This document shows, piece by piece, positions 1 through 10,800 of a stretch of DNA of 64,000 nucleotides. The stretch is from Pseudomonas aeruginosa PAO1 (lineage in GTDB: Bacteria > Pseudomonadota > Gammaproteobacteria > Pseudomonadales > Pseudomonadaceae). Below the pieces are notes generated by a model, which worked only from the letters and a program-made list of their open reading frames with translations, was not told where the DNA came from and made no database searches. The stretch is taken from NCBI RefSeq assembly GCF_000006765.1, contig NC_002516.2. One strand, given 5' to 3'. Every line of letters begins with the position of its first letter. Position 1 is the first letter of the stretch. A program made the translations under genes and the position numbers.

Positions 1-490
1 CGCCTGGCGCCGACCCTTCGCCCTGCTCGACCGCTGCGGCGGCTGGAGCGCCGACCTGTCCCTGCGACTGTTCCTGGCCTGGGAGTTCTTCGAGTCCGGT
101 TGGGAAAAGTGGAACGGCGAGAACTGGTTCGGCGATATCCAGTCGGCTTTCCCCTTTCCCTTCGACCGCCTGCCCGCCGCCTTCAACTGGGAACTGTCGC
201 TGTGGGCCGAACTGCTCGGCGCGCTGTTCCTCCTGCTCGGCCTCGGTACCCGCCTGACCGCCCTGGTGCTGATCGTCGTCACCCTGGTGGCGACCGCCGC
301 CGTACACTGGCCGGCGGAGTGGTCGAGCCTGGCGGAACTGGCCCGCGGCTACTCGATCACCGACCACGGCTTCGGCAATTTCAAGCTCCCGGCGATCTAC
401 CTGGCGGCGCTGCTGCCGCTGCTGTTGGCGGGGGCGGGGAAGCTGAGCCTGGACCACTGGCTCGGGCGGCGCCTGGGCCTGTCCCGCTAG
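1..490 (+). CDS. DoxX-family membrane protein (HvfX/BufD-like), 5'-truncated by the window (frame starts at base 2)
   Basis: Frame 2 is open from the window start to TAG at 488-490: [17 protein letters not shown]...[20 protein letters not shown]...VHW...[12 protein letters not shown], the DoxX/SURF4 pattern. Confidence 0.9.
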   Translation, partial: AWRRPFALLDRCGGWSADLSLRLFLAWEFFESGWEKWNGENWFGDIQSAFPFPFDRLPAAFNWELSLWAELLGALFLLLGLGTRLTALVLIVVTLVATAAVHWPAEWSSLAELARGYSITDHGFGNFKLPAIYLAALLPLLLAGAGKLSLDHWLGRRLGLSR

Positions 491-507
491 GATTCGGCCA
501 GCCACGG

Positions 508-542
508 AAAAACCCCGGAACGCGATCGCCTCCGGGGGTTTT
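508..542 (+). terminator. Intrinsic terminator-like hairpin, possibly bidirectional
   Basis: AAAAACCCCGGA...TCCGGGGGTTTT: GC stem flanked by A and T tracts, 17 bp after the DoxX stop. Confidence 0.7.
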
Positions 543-573
543 CACAGCAAGCCAGAACCATCCCACCCACCGC

Positions 574-713
574 GTAGGGCGAATAGCGCCAACGGCGCTA
601 TTCGCCGATACACCGGACCCACCCCGGCGGATAACCGCAAGCGGTTATCCGCCCTACACCAAGACCGTCCCACCCACCACGTAGGGCGGATAGCGCCAAA
701 GGCGCTATCCGCC
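574..713. repeat. Cluster of three GTAG-family REP elements (BIME-like)
   Basis: GTAGGGCGAATAGCGCCAACGGCGCTATTCGCC (574-606), an inverted copy (626-657) and GTAGGGCGGATAGCGCCAAAGGCGCTATCCGCC (681-713). The spacer TCCCACCCACC precedes both copy 1 and copy 3. Confidence 0.9.
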
Positions 714-742
714 GATGCATCGACTCCACAAGGGCTGCGTCG

Positions 743-1498
743 TCATCCGCCCGCCCAATCGCGTTCCAGGGTTCCGAGCACGACACCCTGGGTCCGCAAC
801 GCTGCCAGCAACTCCAGCCCCGCCGCGTCGAGCGCTCCGGGCGCACTCCGCGCCTCGAGCGCCAGCGCCGCCAGGTGCTCGCGCCCGCTCAGGCGCCGTC
901 TCGCCAGCGACTCCAGCAGGCGGCAGGCCAGCGGAGTCAGGCGCGCGGTATGCACGCGATGCGAGGAATCGCGGTGCATCAACAGCAGGGTCGGTTCCGC
1001 AGGCGCTTCGGCGAGCGCGACGTCCTCTTCGAGCCGATGCACCGGCCAGCGATAGCCCAGCGGCAGCGCCAGGCTCGACAGCAGCGGCACCCCGTCGAGC
1101 AGGTCGCCTTCACGCCGATACGGCGGATCGTCGGGCTCGGCCAGGTAGAGGCGCGTTTCGCTCCATTCGAAGTGGGCCAACTCGGCTTGCCACGCCGGCC
1201 GATACTCGCCCCGCTGCCGCAGGTAGTCGACGAAGACCCCGGCGATACGGGTGAACAGGGGGGTATGGCTTCTCTCCTCGCGATAGAACTCGCGCACCAG
1301 GCCATGCCACTGCTGCTCGCCAAGCAGCCCGCGCAAGCGCGGGAAGCCGCTGGCAAGGAGGCCTTCGATGGCGTTGTAGAACAGCTCGCGGTAGACCCGC
1401 AGGCGACGTTCTTCGATGTCCGGCGGCGGCGCATTGCCAAGCGGGTCGCGCAGGTGCCGGGCGAGGCTGAACTGCTGTTGGCGCAGGCGCTCATCCAT
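743..1498 (-). CDS. DUF2063 / HvfC-BufC-type MNIO partner protein (RiPP recognition)
   Basis: 251 aa; [22 protein letters not shown] and ELAHFEW motifs; overlaps the DUF692 gene by 8 bp. Confidence 0.85.
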   Translation of the reverse strand: MDERLRQQQFSLARHLRDPLGNAPPPDIEERRLRVYRELFYNAIEGLLASGFPRLRGLLGEQQWHGLVREFYREERSHTPLFTRIAGVFVDYLRQRGEYRPAWQAELAHFEWSETRLYLAEPDDPPYRREGDLLDGVPLLSSLALPLGYRWPVHRLEEDVALAEAPAEPTLLLMHRDSSHRVHTARLTPLACRLLESLARRRLSGREHLAALALEARSAPGALDAAGLELLAALRTQGVVLGTLERDWAGG

Positions 1499-2321
1499 GA
1501 CGGCGTCCCTCGTCGCGTTGCCATTGGCGGATCTGCTCCACTTCCAGCAGCAGTTCGCCCAGCGGCGGATAGTTGAAGTCCCGCTCGAGCAGGGTCGGGC
1601 GCACGCCGAAGCGACGATAGGCGGCTCCGAGCAAGGCCCAGACGCCGGGCTTCACGGCGGCACCATGGGTGTCGATCTTCAGGTCCGGCGCCTCGTCGTA
1701 GTGCCCCGCCACATGGTAGGCGGCGACCCGCCCGGGCGGCAGCCGGACGAGGAAGTCGAGGGCGTCGTAGCCGTGGTTGCAGGCGTTGACGAACAGGTTG
1801 TTGACGTCCAGCAACAGGTCGCAGTCGGCCTCGTCGAGTACCGCGTTGACGAACTCGATCTCGCTCATCTCCCGGTACGGCGCTGCATAGTAGGAAATGT
1901 TCTCCACCGCGATGCGCCGCTCCAGGCGCTCCTGCGCCTCGCGGATGCGCGCCGCGACGTGACGCACCGCGGCCTCGGTGAACGGCAGCGGCAACAGATC
2001 ATAGAGATGGCCATCGTCGGAACAGTAGCTGAGGTGCTCGCTGTACAACGCGACCCGGTGGCGGACGAGGAAGCGTCGGGTCTGCTCGATAAAGGCGGCA
2101 TCCAGCGGCGTGGAGCCGCCGAGGGACAGCGAGAGACCGTGACAGGTCAGTGGAATGCGCTCCACCAGGCGCTCCAGGTCGGCACCGAAGGCACCGCCGA
2201 CGCCGATCCAGTTGTCCGGCGCGCATTCGAGGAAGTCCACCGCGCCGGGCGCCATCGCCAGCAGTTGCGGAAGCAGGCCGCGCCTCAGGCCGAGGCCGGC
2301 GGCGTTGTCGATCAGGGTCAT
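1491..2321 (-). CDS. DUF692 multinuclear non-heme iron oxidase (MNIO; HvfB/BufB/MbnB superfamily)
   Basis: 276 aa; GLGLR start, [36 protein letters not shown] and LLERD metal-ligand motifs all present. Confidence 0.95.
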   Translation of the reverse strand: MTLIDNAAGLGLRRGLLPQLLAMAPGAVDFLECAPDNWIGVGGAFGADLERLVERIPLTCHGLSLSLGGSTPLDAAFIEQTRRFLVRHRVALYSEHLSYCSDDGHLYDLLPLPFTEAAVRHVAARIREAQERLERRIAVENISYYAAPYREMSEIEFVNAVLDEADCDLLLDVNNLFVNACNHGYDALDFLVRLPPGRVAAYHVAGHYDEAPDLKIDTHGAAVKPGVWALLGAAYRRFGVRPTLLERDFNYPPLGELLLEVEQIRQWQRDEGRRHG

Positions 2322-2338
2322 GGGATAGCTCCGGAAAC

Positions 2339-2380
2339 GGCGACGCCCCCGCTTTCCCAGGGGAAAGAGAGGGCGCCGCC
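2339..2380 (-). other. Intra-operon RNA stem-loop between efhP and the MNIO gene
   Basis: On the minus strand, GGCGGCGCCC pairs with GGGCGUCGCC (one G-U) around an inner CUUUCCC/GGGAAAG stem; no U-tract. Confidence 0.65.
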
Positions 2381-2395
2381 AGGGTGTGGAAAGGC

Positions 2396-2863
2396 TCAGT
2401 GCTGGCCTTGCTCCAGCTTGCTGAACAGCCCGGCGGGCATCGGCTTGCCGTTGGCCTCGTAGGTCTTGCGCAGGTGTTCGTAGGCCTCGGCTTCGGAAAT
2501 GAAGCCGTCATGGTCGCTATCGATGCTGTCGAACTCACCGGCACGGTCCTTGGCCACCGCGAGGAACTCGGCGCGCGAGACCTTGCCATCGTGATCGGTG
2601 TCGGTTCGGGCAAAGGAGGCGTCGCCGCACTTGCCCTCCCCGCACTTGCCCTCGGCGCCGGCCTTGGCCGGGGTCTTCGCGGAGCCGCCGCTACCACACT
2701 TGCCTTCTCCGCACTTGCCTTCGCCGGCGCTCGCCGCCGCCACTTGCAGCCCCTGGCCCAGCGGCTCGACGGCGAACGCCGAACCGCCGAGCAGCATTCC
2801 CCCCACCAGTACGGCACCGAGCAGGCTGGCGGAAGTCTTTTGACGCGAATCGAAAACGGACAT
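2396..2863 (-). CDS. efhP: EfhP: Sec-signal protein with 4 EGKCG motifs and 2 EF-hands
   Basis: ATG at 2863 with GGAGAAGAAGC RBS; 155 aa; signal ending GSAFA; [10 protein letters not shown] at 2693-2722 and 2624-2653; EF loops [12 protein letters not shown] (2567-2602) and [12 protein letters not shown] (2486-2521). The provided ORF from 3118 is over-extended. Confidence 0.92.
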   Translation of the reverse strand: MSVFDSRQKTSASLLGAVLVGGMLLGGSAFAVEPLGQGLQVAAASAGEGKCGEGKCGSGGSAKTPAKAGAEGKCGEGKCGDASFARTDTDHDGKVSRAEFLAVAKDRAGEFDSIDSDHDGFISEAEAYEHLRKTYEANGKPMPAGLFSKLEQGQH

Positions 2864-2995
2864 GCTTCTTCTCCACAGTAAACGCGGCCGGGCCGCAGGC
2901 GCGGCGCTGGTGGGCGCCGGTACGAACCGGGCGGCGGGACCTTCTGGGGTCGTCCCGGGCGCCGCGGTTCGGATGTGGCCATTTCGCCTGGGAGA

Positions 2996-3073
2996 TGTAT
3001 CGGGGGTGTATCGCCCGACACGTGGATTTGTACGCCGGAGGTATCGAAACCGCGCATGGATACAAAGCGATAC
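2996..3073. promoter_or_regulatory. Tandem GATAC(A) repeats, candidate OmpR-family (BfmR-like) sites
   Basis: Minus strand GATACACCCCCGATACA (2996-3012, 11-bp period); plus strand GATACAAAGCGATAC (3059-3073, 10-bp period); lies in the efhP / HD-GYP divergent gap. Confidence 0.55.
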
Positions 3074-3186
3074 GCAATCGAGCGCGGGCATGCCGACGAA
3101 GTGCCGGGCATCTCTCACTCCCGCCGGCCCATCTCGGCTACCGTTAGGAGACAGCCACCTGGCCCAGTCTCGAGGTCGAGCCCATC

Positions 3187-4431
3187 GTGCTGAAACGCAT
3201 TCCGGTAACCCAGCTTCGCCTCGGTATGTTCGTCCAGAGCCTTTGCGGCTCGTGGCTGGACCACCCGTTCTGGAAAAGAGGTGGCTTCCTGCTCGACAGC
3301 CAGGCCGACCTGCAGCGCCTGCGCGAAAGCGCCGTGAAGGAGGTCTGGATCGATGCCAGCAAGGGCCTCGACCTCCCGGAGGAAGCGGCGGTCTCGGCCG
3401 CTGCGGTCCTGCCGGTCACCATGCCGGCCGGCCCTTCGCCGGCGCGGGTCGCCCTGGAGGAGGAAATCCGCCACGCCGCCCTGCTCTGCAGCCGTGCCAA
3501 GGCCGCCGTGGTCAGCATGTTCCGCGACGCGCGCATGGGCCAGGCCATCGATACCGCGCATGCATCGGACCTGGTGGACGAAATCTCCGCCTCGGTGCTG
3601 CGCCATCCCAACGCGCTGCTCAGCCTGGTACGGCTGAAGACCTCGGATGAATACACCTACATGCATTCGGTGGCGGTCTGTGCGCTGATGATCGCCCTCG
3701 CCCGCCAGCTCGAACTGCCCGACCCGCTGGTACGCGAGGCGGGGCTGGCCGGACTGCTGCACGACATCGGCAAGATGGCGGTGCCCGATCCGATCCTGAA
3801 CAAGCCCGGCAAGCTCACCGACCCGGAGTTCGGCCTGGTTCGCCGGCATCCGCAGAACGGCGCGCGGATGCTGCTCGATTGCCGCCAGGTCAGCGCCCTG
3901 GTGGTGGATGTCTGCCTGCACCACCACGAGCGCATCGACGGCACCGGCTACCCCTTCGGCCTGGCGCAGGAGCAGATCAGCCTGCTGGCGCGAATGGGCG
4001 CGGTGTGCGACGTCTACGACGCGATCACCTCCGACCGTCCCTACAAGAAGGGCTGGAACGCCGCCGAGGCGATCCGACGCATGGCCGAATGGAACGGGCA
4101 CTTCGACCCGCAGGTGTTCCGCGCCTTCGTCAAGGCGGTGGGCATCTACCCGGTCGGCGCGCTGGTCAGGCTGGAAAGCGGGCGCCTCGGCGTGGTCCTC
4201 GAACAACACGGCCGCTCGCTGCTGACGCCACGGGTCAAGGTATTCTTCTCGGCCCGCTCGAAGGTGCCGATCCCGCAGCAGGTGGTAGACCTGGGTAGGG
4301 CCGGACAGACCGACCGAATCGTCGGCTTCGAGCCGGCGGAAGCCTGGAACTTCCGCAATCTCGACGAGATGTGGACGGGACTGGCCAAGTCCACGGGCTC
4401 TTATTTCGACGCGGGAACCGGAAATCCGTAG
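3187..4431 (+). CDS. HD-GYP c-di-GMP phosphodiesterase with N-terminal DUF3391
   Basis: 414 aa, GTG start; YTYMHS, HDIGK, HHERIDGTGYP and CDVYDAITSDRPYK motifs. Confidence 0.95.
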   Translation: MLKRIPVTQLRLGMFVQSLCGSWLDHPFWKRGGFLLDSQADLQRLRESAVKEVWIDASKGLDLPEEAAVSAAAVLPVTMPAGPSPARVALEEEIRHAALLCSRAKAAVVSMFRDARMGQAIDTAHASDLVDEISASVLRHPNALLSLVRLKTSDEYTYMHSVAVCALMIALARQLELPDPLVREAGLAGLLHDIGKMAVPDPILNKPGKLTDPEFGLVRRHPQNGARMLLDCRQVSALVVDVCLHHHERIDGTGYPFGLAQEQISLLARMGAVCDVYDAITSDRPYKKGWNAAEAIRRMAEWNGHFDPQVFRAFVKAVGIYPVGALVRLESGRLGVVLEQHGRSLLTPRVKVFFSARSKVPIPQQVVDLGRAGQTDRIVGFEPAEAWNFRNLDEMWTGLAKSTGSYFDAGTGNP

Positions 4432-4464
4432 ACGCCTTCCGCCCGCAAGCCGAGCACCGCTCCC

Positions 4465-4495
4465 GTAGGGCGCATAACGCGAAGCGTTATCCGCC
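4465..4495 (+). repeat. REP element
   Basis: GTAGGGCGCATAACGCGAAGCGTTATCCGCC. Confidence 0.85.
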
Positions 4496-4989
4496 GTTTC
4501 GCCGCAATCTCCGCCTGCTCCGCGTTGCTTTAAGCGCACCATCGTCGATACTGCTGGCAATCCGCCGACAGTTTTCAAGAGGCCATATGAGTCCGCTCCT
4601 GGAGACAATCGAAGAGCACAGCAGAAATGGCTGTGCTCCATCCAAAGCGTTGATTGCCCTGTGGTCCGCAGGCGCCGACCTGAGGGTTTCCCCGAGGAAG
4701 GCTGGCCGCCTATGCGAACTTGCCGTCGTTGCCGCAGCAGGGAAAGCAGGCATGCTCGAGAGCGAGATCGTTGCGGCACGCCGGGCCTATGCCGCCAGCC
4801 TGGGAGTGACGCTTAGCGGAGCGATCAGCAACGCCGACGAGCCGGTCCATATCCGCCACGCCGTCAGCAATTCCAATCACAACCCCAACGCCTCAAACCG
4901 TATCAACCTTGGGAGGGCCCGAGCGTATAAAAAAAGGCGCGAGGAAGGTGATTACTTCTTCATCGACACTTGAATCGCCTGCATAACCG

Positions 4990-5880
4990 TTATCTCCCCC
5001 GCGCCTCAACGGCAGCCATCTCCAGCAACCACCCCCGGAACGCCAGCATCGCGCTGGTCTCCCCCCGCGACTGCAAGCGCGTCAGCCAGTAGCTGCCGGT
5101 ACTCACTTCGGTGGCGAACGGACGCCGGATGCTCTCGCTGGCCAGTTGCCGGGCAAACATCGCCGCCGGCGCCAGGGCCACGCCGACACCCTGGCGGGCC
5201 GCCTCGAGCATGGCCAGCGAGGTGTCGAAGACGATGCTCCGGGTCAGTGGCGCGTGCGCCGGCAGTCCGGCCGCCTGGAACCACAGCGGCCACTCGTCGG
5301 CGCGGTAGGAGCGCAGCAGGGTGTGCTGCAGCAGGTCGGCGGGACTGTGCAACTGGGCGGCGACCTCCGGGCAGCAGAGCACCGTCAGCGGCGCCTCGAA
5401 CAACGCCAGCGCCTCGGTGCCGTGCCAGGCGCCGCCGCCGAAGCGGATCGCGTAGTCGAGCCCCTCGGCGGCGATGTCGACGCGGTTGTTGTGGGTGGAC
5501 AGGCGCAGATCGATGAAGGGATGGCGCGCCTGGAAGTCCTCCAGCCGCGGCAGCAGCCAACCGACCGTGAAGGTTCCGACCGCGCCGACGGTGAGCACGT
5601 CCCGGTAGTGGCCACCCTCGAAACGTTCCAGCAGGCCGGCGATGCGGTCGAAGGAGTCACACAGCACCGGCAGCAGGCTCTCGCCCTCGTGGGTCAGCAT
5701 GAGGCCGCGCGGCAGACGCTTGAACAGGGCCACGCCGAGACGCTCCTCGAGGCTCTTCACCTGGTGGCTGACCGCCGCCTGGGTCACGCACAGCTCGATG
5801 GCCGCGCGGGTGAAGCTCAGGTGCCGGGCCGAAGCTTCGAAGGCGCGCAGGGCGTTCAGCGGCAAATGGGGTCGAACCAA
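4990..5880 (-). CDS. ampR: LysR-family regulator AmpR
   Basis: (M)VRPHLPLNALRAFEASARHLSF...VTQAAVSHQVK. TTG start at 5880 preceded by GGAG gives 296 aa; divergent from ampC. Confidence 0.97.
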   Translation of the reverse strand: MVRPHLPLNALRAFEASARHLSFTRAAIELCVTQAAVSHQVKSLEERLGVALFKRLPRGLMLTHEGESLLPVLCDSFDRIAGLLERFEGGHYRDVLTVGAVGTFTVGWLLPRLEDFQARHPFIDLRLSTHNNRVDIAAEGLDYAIRFGGGAWHGTEALALFEAPLTVLCCPEVAAQLHSPADLLQHTLLRSYRADEWPLWFQAAGLPAHAPLTRSIVFDTSLAMLEAARQGVGVALAPAAMFARQLASESIRRPFATEVSTGSYWLTRLQSRGETSAMLAFRGWLLEMAAVEARGR

Positions 5881-5882
5881 TC

Positions 5883-5896
5883 TCTGCTCCAAATTT
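5883..5896 (+). promoter_or_regulatory. AmpR-binding box
   Basis: TCTGCTCCAAATTT in the ampR-ampC gap matches the AmpR box as I recall it. Confidence 0.65.
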
Positions 5897-5902
5897 TTCT
5901 AA

Positions 5903-7222
<1,320 letters not shown>

Positions 7223-7286
7223 AGCGCGCTCGCGAGGGCGACGGAGCGTAGCGGCGCGGGACGCCGGTCCTGGCTATGATGGTGCC

Positions 7287-7685
7287 ATGAGCGCTTCCCC
7301 GCCCCTCCGCCAGCCCTGCCCGCCCGGCGCCTGCGTCTGCGAACGCGAGCGCCTGGAGGCGCCCGGCGCGGACCGTCGCATCCTCCTCCTGACCCGCCAG
7401 GAAGAGCAGCGCCTGGCCGCTCGCCTGGAAGCCCTGCGCAGCCTGGAAGACCTGGAACACCTGCTGCGGCGCATGGAGGAACAACTGGGCATCCGCCTGC
7501 GGATCGCCCCGGCCTTCGGCGAGGTGCGCAGCATGCGCGGCATCCGCATGCGCTTCGAGGAGCAGCCGGGGCTCTGCCGCAAGACCCGCCAGGCGATTCC
7601 CGCCGCCATCCGCCGCGGCCTGGAGAAGCGCCCGGAAGTCGCCTACGCCCTGCTCAACGCCCATGACCTGCTGCGCGACGCCTGA
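7287..7685 (+). CDS. Hypothetical protein with N-terminal CPPGACVC cluster
   Basis: 132 aa; Pseudomonas-type codon usage; fills the gap between ampC and a REP element. Confidence 0.8.
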   Translation: MSASPPLRQPCPPGACVCERERLEAPGADRRILLLTRQEEQRLAARLEALRSLEDLEHLLRRMEEQLGIRLRIAPAFGEVRSMRGIRMRFEEQPGLCRKTRQAIPAAIRRGLEKRPEVAYALLNAHDLLRDA

Positions 7686-7744
7686 AGGTACTGAACGACA
7701 GGAAGAGGATGTCGCTCAAGACCTGGGCGGGCTTCAGGAGTATC

Positions 7745-7777
7745 GGCGGATAACGCCCATGGCGTTATTCGCCCTAC
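7745..7777 (-). repeat. REP element
   Basis: GGCGGATAACGCCCATGGCGTTATTCGCCCTAC (GTAG end on the minus strand), between convergent genes. Confidence 0.85.
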
Positions 7778-7848
7778 AGGCCGCAGCGGATGCAGGCGAG
7801 CCCCGGGTCCGCCTGAATCCTTGGCGGGACTGGCCACCGCGCCGGGGT

Positions 7849-10800
7849 TCAGCTCGCCGACTCCGCCTGCACGTCGCCGAACATCGCCTGCAGGCGGAGC
7901 AGGCAGGCATCGCACAGGGTGCGCAGTTCGTCGAGGCGGATGCCGGCGAGGATTTCCATGCCGCGCAGCGGATCGGCGCGGCGCAGGGCCTGCTCCAGCT
8001 CGCTGGCACGGCCGGCCAGGGCGCTGGCGCCAACGGTGGAAGCGCTGCCCTTGATGGTATGCAGGGTCGCGGCGCTGCCCTGGACATCGCCCTCGCCGAG
8101 CTGGCGTTCGAGCTGGGCGAAGAGGTCCTGCATGTCCGGAACGAAGCGCCGCAACACCTGGACGATCAGCTCCAGGCTGCCGCCGAAACGCCCGACGATA
8201 TCGCCCCGCGCCTCGACCAGTTCGCCCGCGTCCGCTGCCGTTGCCGGCGCGCCCCTGGCGCCGCTCCTGCCGAGATGACCGAGCAGGCAAAGCACCAGGC
8301 GCTCCTTGTCGATCGGCTTCGCCACATGGTCGTTCATGCCCGCCGCCAGGCAGGCTTCGCGGTCGGCCAGCGAGGCGTTGGCGGTCATGGCCAGGATCGG
8401 CAGCCCGGCGAAGCGCCCGTCGGCGCGGATTCTCCGGGTCGCCTCGAGACCATCGATATCCGGCATCTGCATGTCCATCAGCACCGCGTCGAACGGCACG
8501 CTCGCCTCCAGCACCTGCTGAACGCCCGCCAGCCCGCCGTCGGCGAGGGCCACCCGGGCGCCCTCGCTGCTCAACAGCTCGGCGGCGACCTGGCGGTTCA
8601 GCGCGTTGTCCTCCACTACCAGCAGACGCACGCCCCGCAACCGCTGGGTGCGCTCCACCGGGCGCGGCGGCGGGTTGGCCGGGGCGCCCTGTTCGCCGTG
8701 CAACGCATGCAGCACCGAGTCGGCCAGTTGCTTGGGCGTGACCGGCTTGGTGAGAAAATCGACGAAGGGCGGCGCGCTGTGGTCGCGCGCATCGGCCAGC
8801 ACCTCGCGGCCATAGGCGGTGATCATGATCACCATGGGCGGCGGCAGGTCGCCCTGCAACTGGCGGATCAGTTGCGCCGCGCTGAGGCCGTCGAGATCGG
8901 GCATGCGCCAATCCATCAGCACCACGTCGTAGCGACGGCCCTCGGCCATCGCCGCCTGGACCCGCGCCACCGCCTCGCTGCCGCTGCCGACGCAGTCGGC
9001 GCGCCAGCCGAGGGCGCCGACCGTGCGTTCGAGCAGCTCGCCGGCCACCAGGTTGTCGTCCGCCACCAGCAGCCGCAGCGGTTCGCCGGCCCCGGGGCAG
9101 GCCGCACGCAGCGGTTGGTCGTGGGCGACGTCGAGGTCCAGGTCGAACCAGAACCGGCTACCGCTGCCCGGCGCGCTCTCGACCCGCAATTCACCGCCCA
9201 TCAGGTCGACCAGGCGTTTGCATATGAACAGGCCGAGGCCGGTGCCGCCGAAGCGTCGCGAGGTGGACGCCTCGGCCTGGGTGAAACCTTCGAAGATGCG
9301 CTGCTGCTGTTCCGCGCTGATGCCGATGCCGGTGTCCGCCACCAGCACCCGCAGGCGCACCAGGTGGGCGTCGTGCGCCAGACGCCGCAAGCTCACCAGG
9401 ACGTGCCCGCGGGCGGTGAACTTCAGTGCGTTGCCGGCCAGGTTGATGAGGATCTGCTGCAGGCGCAGGCGGTCGCCGACCACCGCGCTGGGCAGCTCGG
9501 GATCGATGTCGAAGATCACCTCGACGTCCTTGTCGCCCTGGTTGCCGGAGAGCACCACGGCCAGGTCCTGCATCAGCGGCTCCAGCTCGAAGGGGAGCAT
9601 TTCCAGGACCAGTTTGCCGGCCTCGATCTTCGAGTAGTCGAGGATGTCGTTGAGCAGGCCGAGCAACGAGGTTGCCGCCGAGCTGGCCTTGTCCAGGTAG
9701 TCGCGCTGGCGTTCGTTGAGATCGGTCTGCCGGGCCAGTTGCAGCATGCCCAGCACGGCATTCATCGGCGTGCGGATCTCGTGGCTCATGTTCGCCAGGA
9801 ACGACGACTTCGCCGCGCTGGCGGCGTCCGCCTGCTCCTTGGCCTCGCGCAGGCGCGCCTGCAGTTGCTGGTCGCTGGTGATATCGATATTGATCCCGGT
9901 GACCTGCAGCGGGTTGCCGTCGGCGTCGCGCTCGACCTGCGCGCCGGCCTGGATGAAGCGGATGCCGCCGTCGGGCAGCACCACGCGGAAGATCACATCG
10001 TAGTTGCCGCGCCCCTCCACCGCCGCGCGCAGGCTGGCCTCGGTGCGCTCGAGGTCTTCCGGATGCAGGCGGCTGCGCCAATGCTCGTAGACCAGGCCGC
10101 CGTCGCGCAACGCCAGCGGCTGGCCATACATCTCGCACATGCGCTCGTTCCACTGCAGGCTGTCGTCGGCCAGGTTCCAGCGCCAGATGCCCAGGCGCGC
10201 CACGTCGGCGGCCATTTGCAACTGGTCGCGCGCCGCGGCCATCTCGCGCTCGGCGTTGCGCCATTCGGTGACATCGACGGCGATGCCCAGGTAGCCGTTG
10301 ATCGCCCCAGCCTCGTCGCGCAGGACGGTAACCGAAAGCGTCACGCTGAGCGGCGAGCCGTCCTTGCGCAGATAGGTCCATTCGCGGGTCTCGGCGCCCT
10401 CCTGTTCGGCCCGCGCCACCAGCACGCGGAAACCCTCCTCGCCCAGCTCCTGGCCGCGGGCGAGCAACTCCCGCTCGCTGTGCAGCAGGGTCGGCGAGGC
10501 CTTGCCGACCACCTCGTCGGCGCGGTAGCCGAGCATCCGCTCGGCACCGAGATTGAAGCCGCTGATGATGCCATCGCGGTCGAGGGTGATGATCGACACC
10601 TCGGACGCCGCCTGCAGCACGCTGCCGAGCAGTACGTTCAACCGACGCAGTTCGGCGGTACGCTCGGCGATCTGGTGCTCCAGGCCGGTATTGAGTTCGC
10701 GGATGCGGGCCTCGGCGGCCTTCTTCGCGGAGATGTCGCGTACGGTCTTCGAGGCGCCGACCACGCCGCCGTCCGGACCGAGGATCGGCGAGACGGTCAC

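Noticed and set aside
574-713. Possible mini-CRISPR array
   Set aside because: The units are palindromic GTAG REPs in alternating orientation, the spacers are not unique, the family recurs singly elsewhere, and no cas genes are present.
2864-3118. N-terminal extensions in the provided ORF track (efhP, and likewise ampR, ppnN, nirA, mpaR, acoR and others)
   Set aside because: RBS position and family N-termini support downstream starts; the extensions run through promoter DNA.
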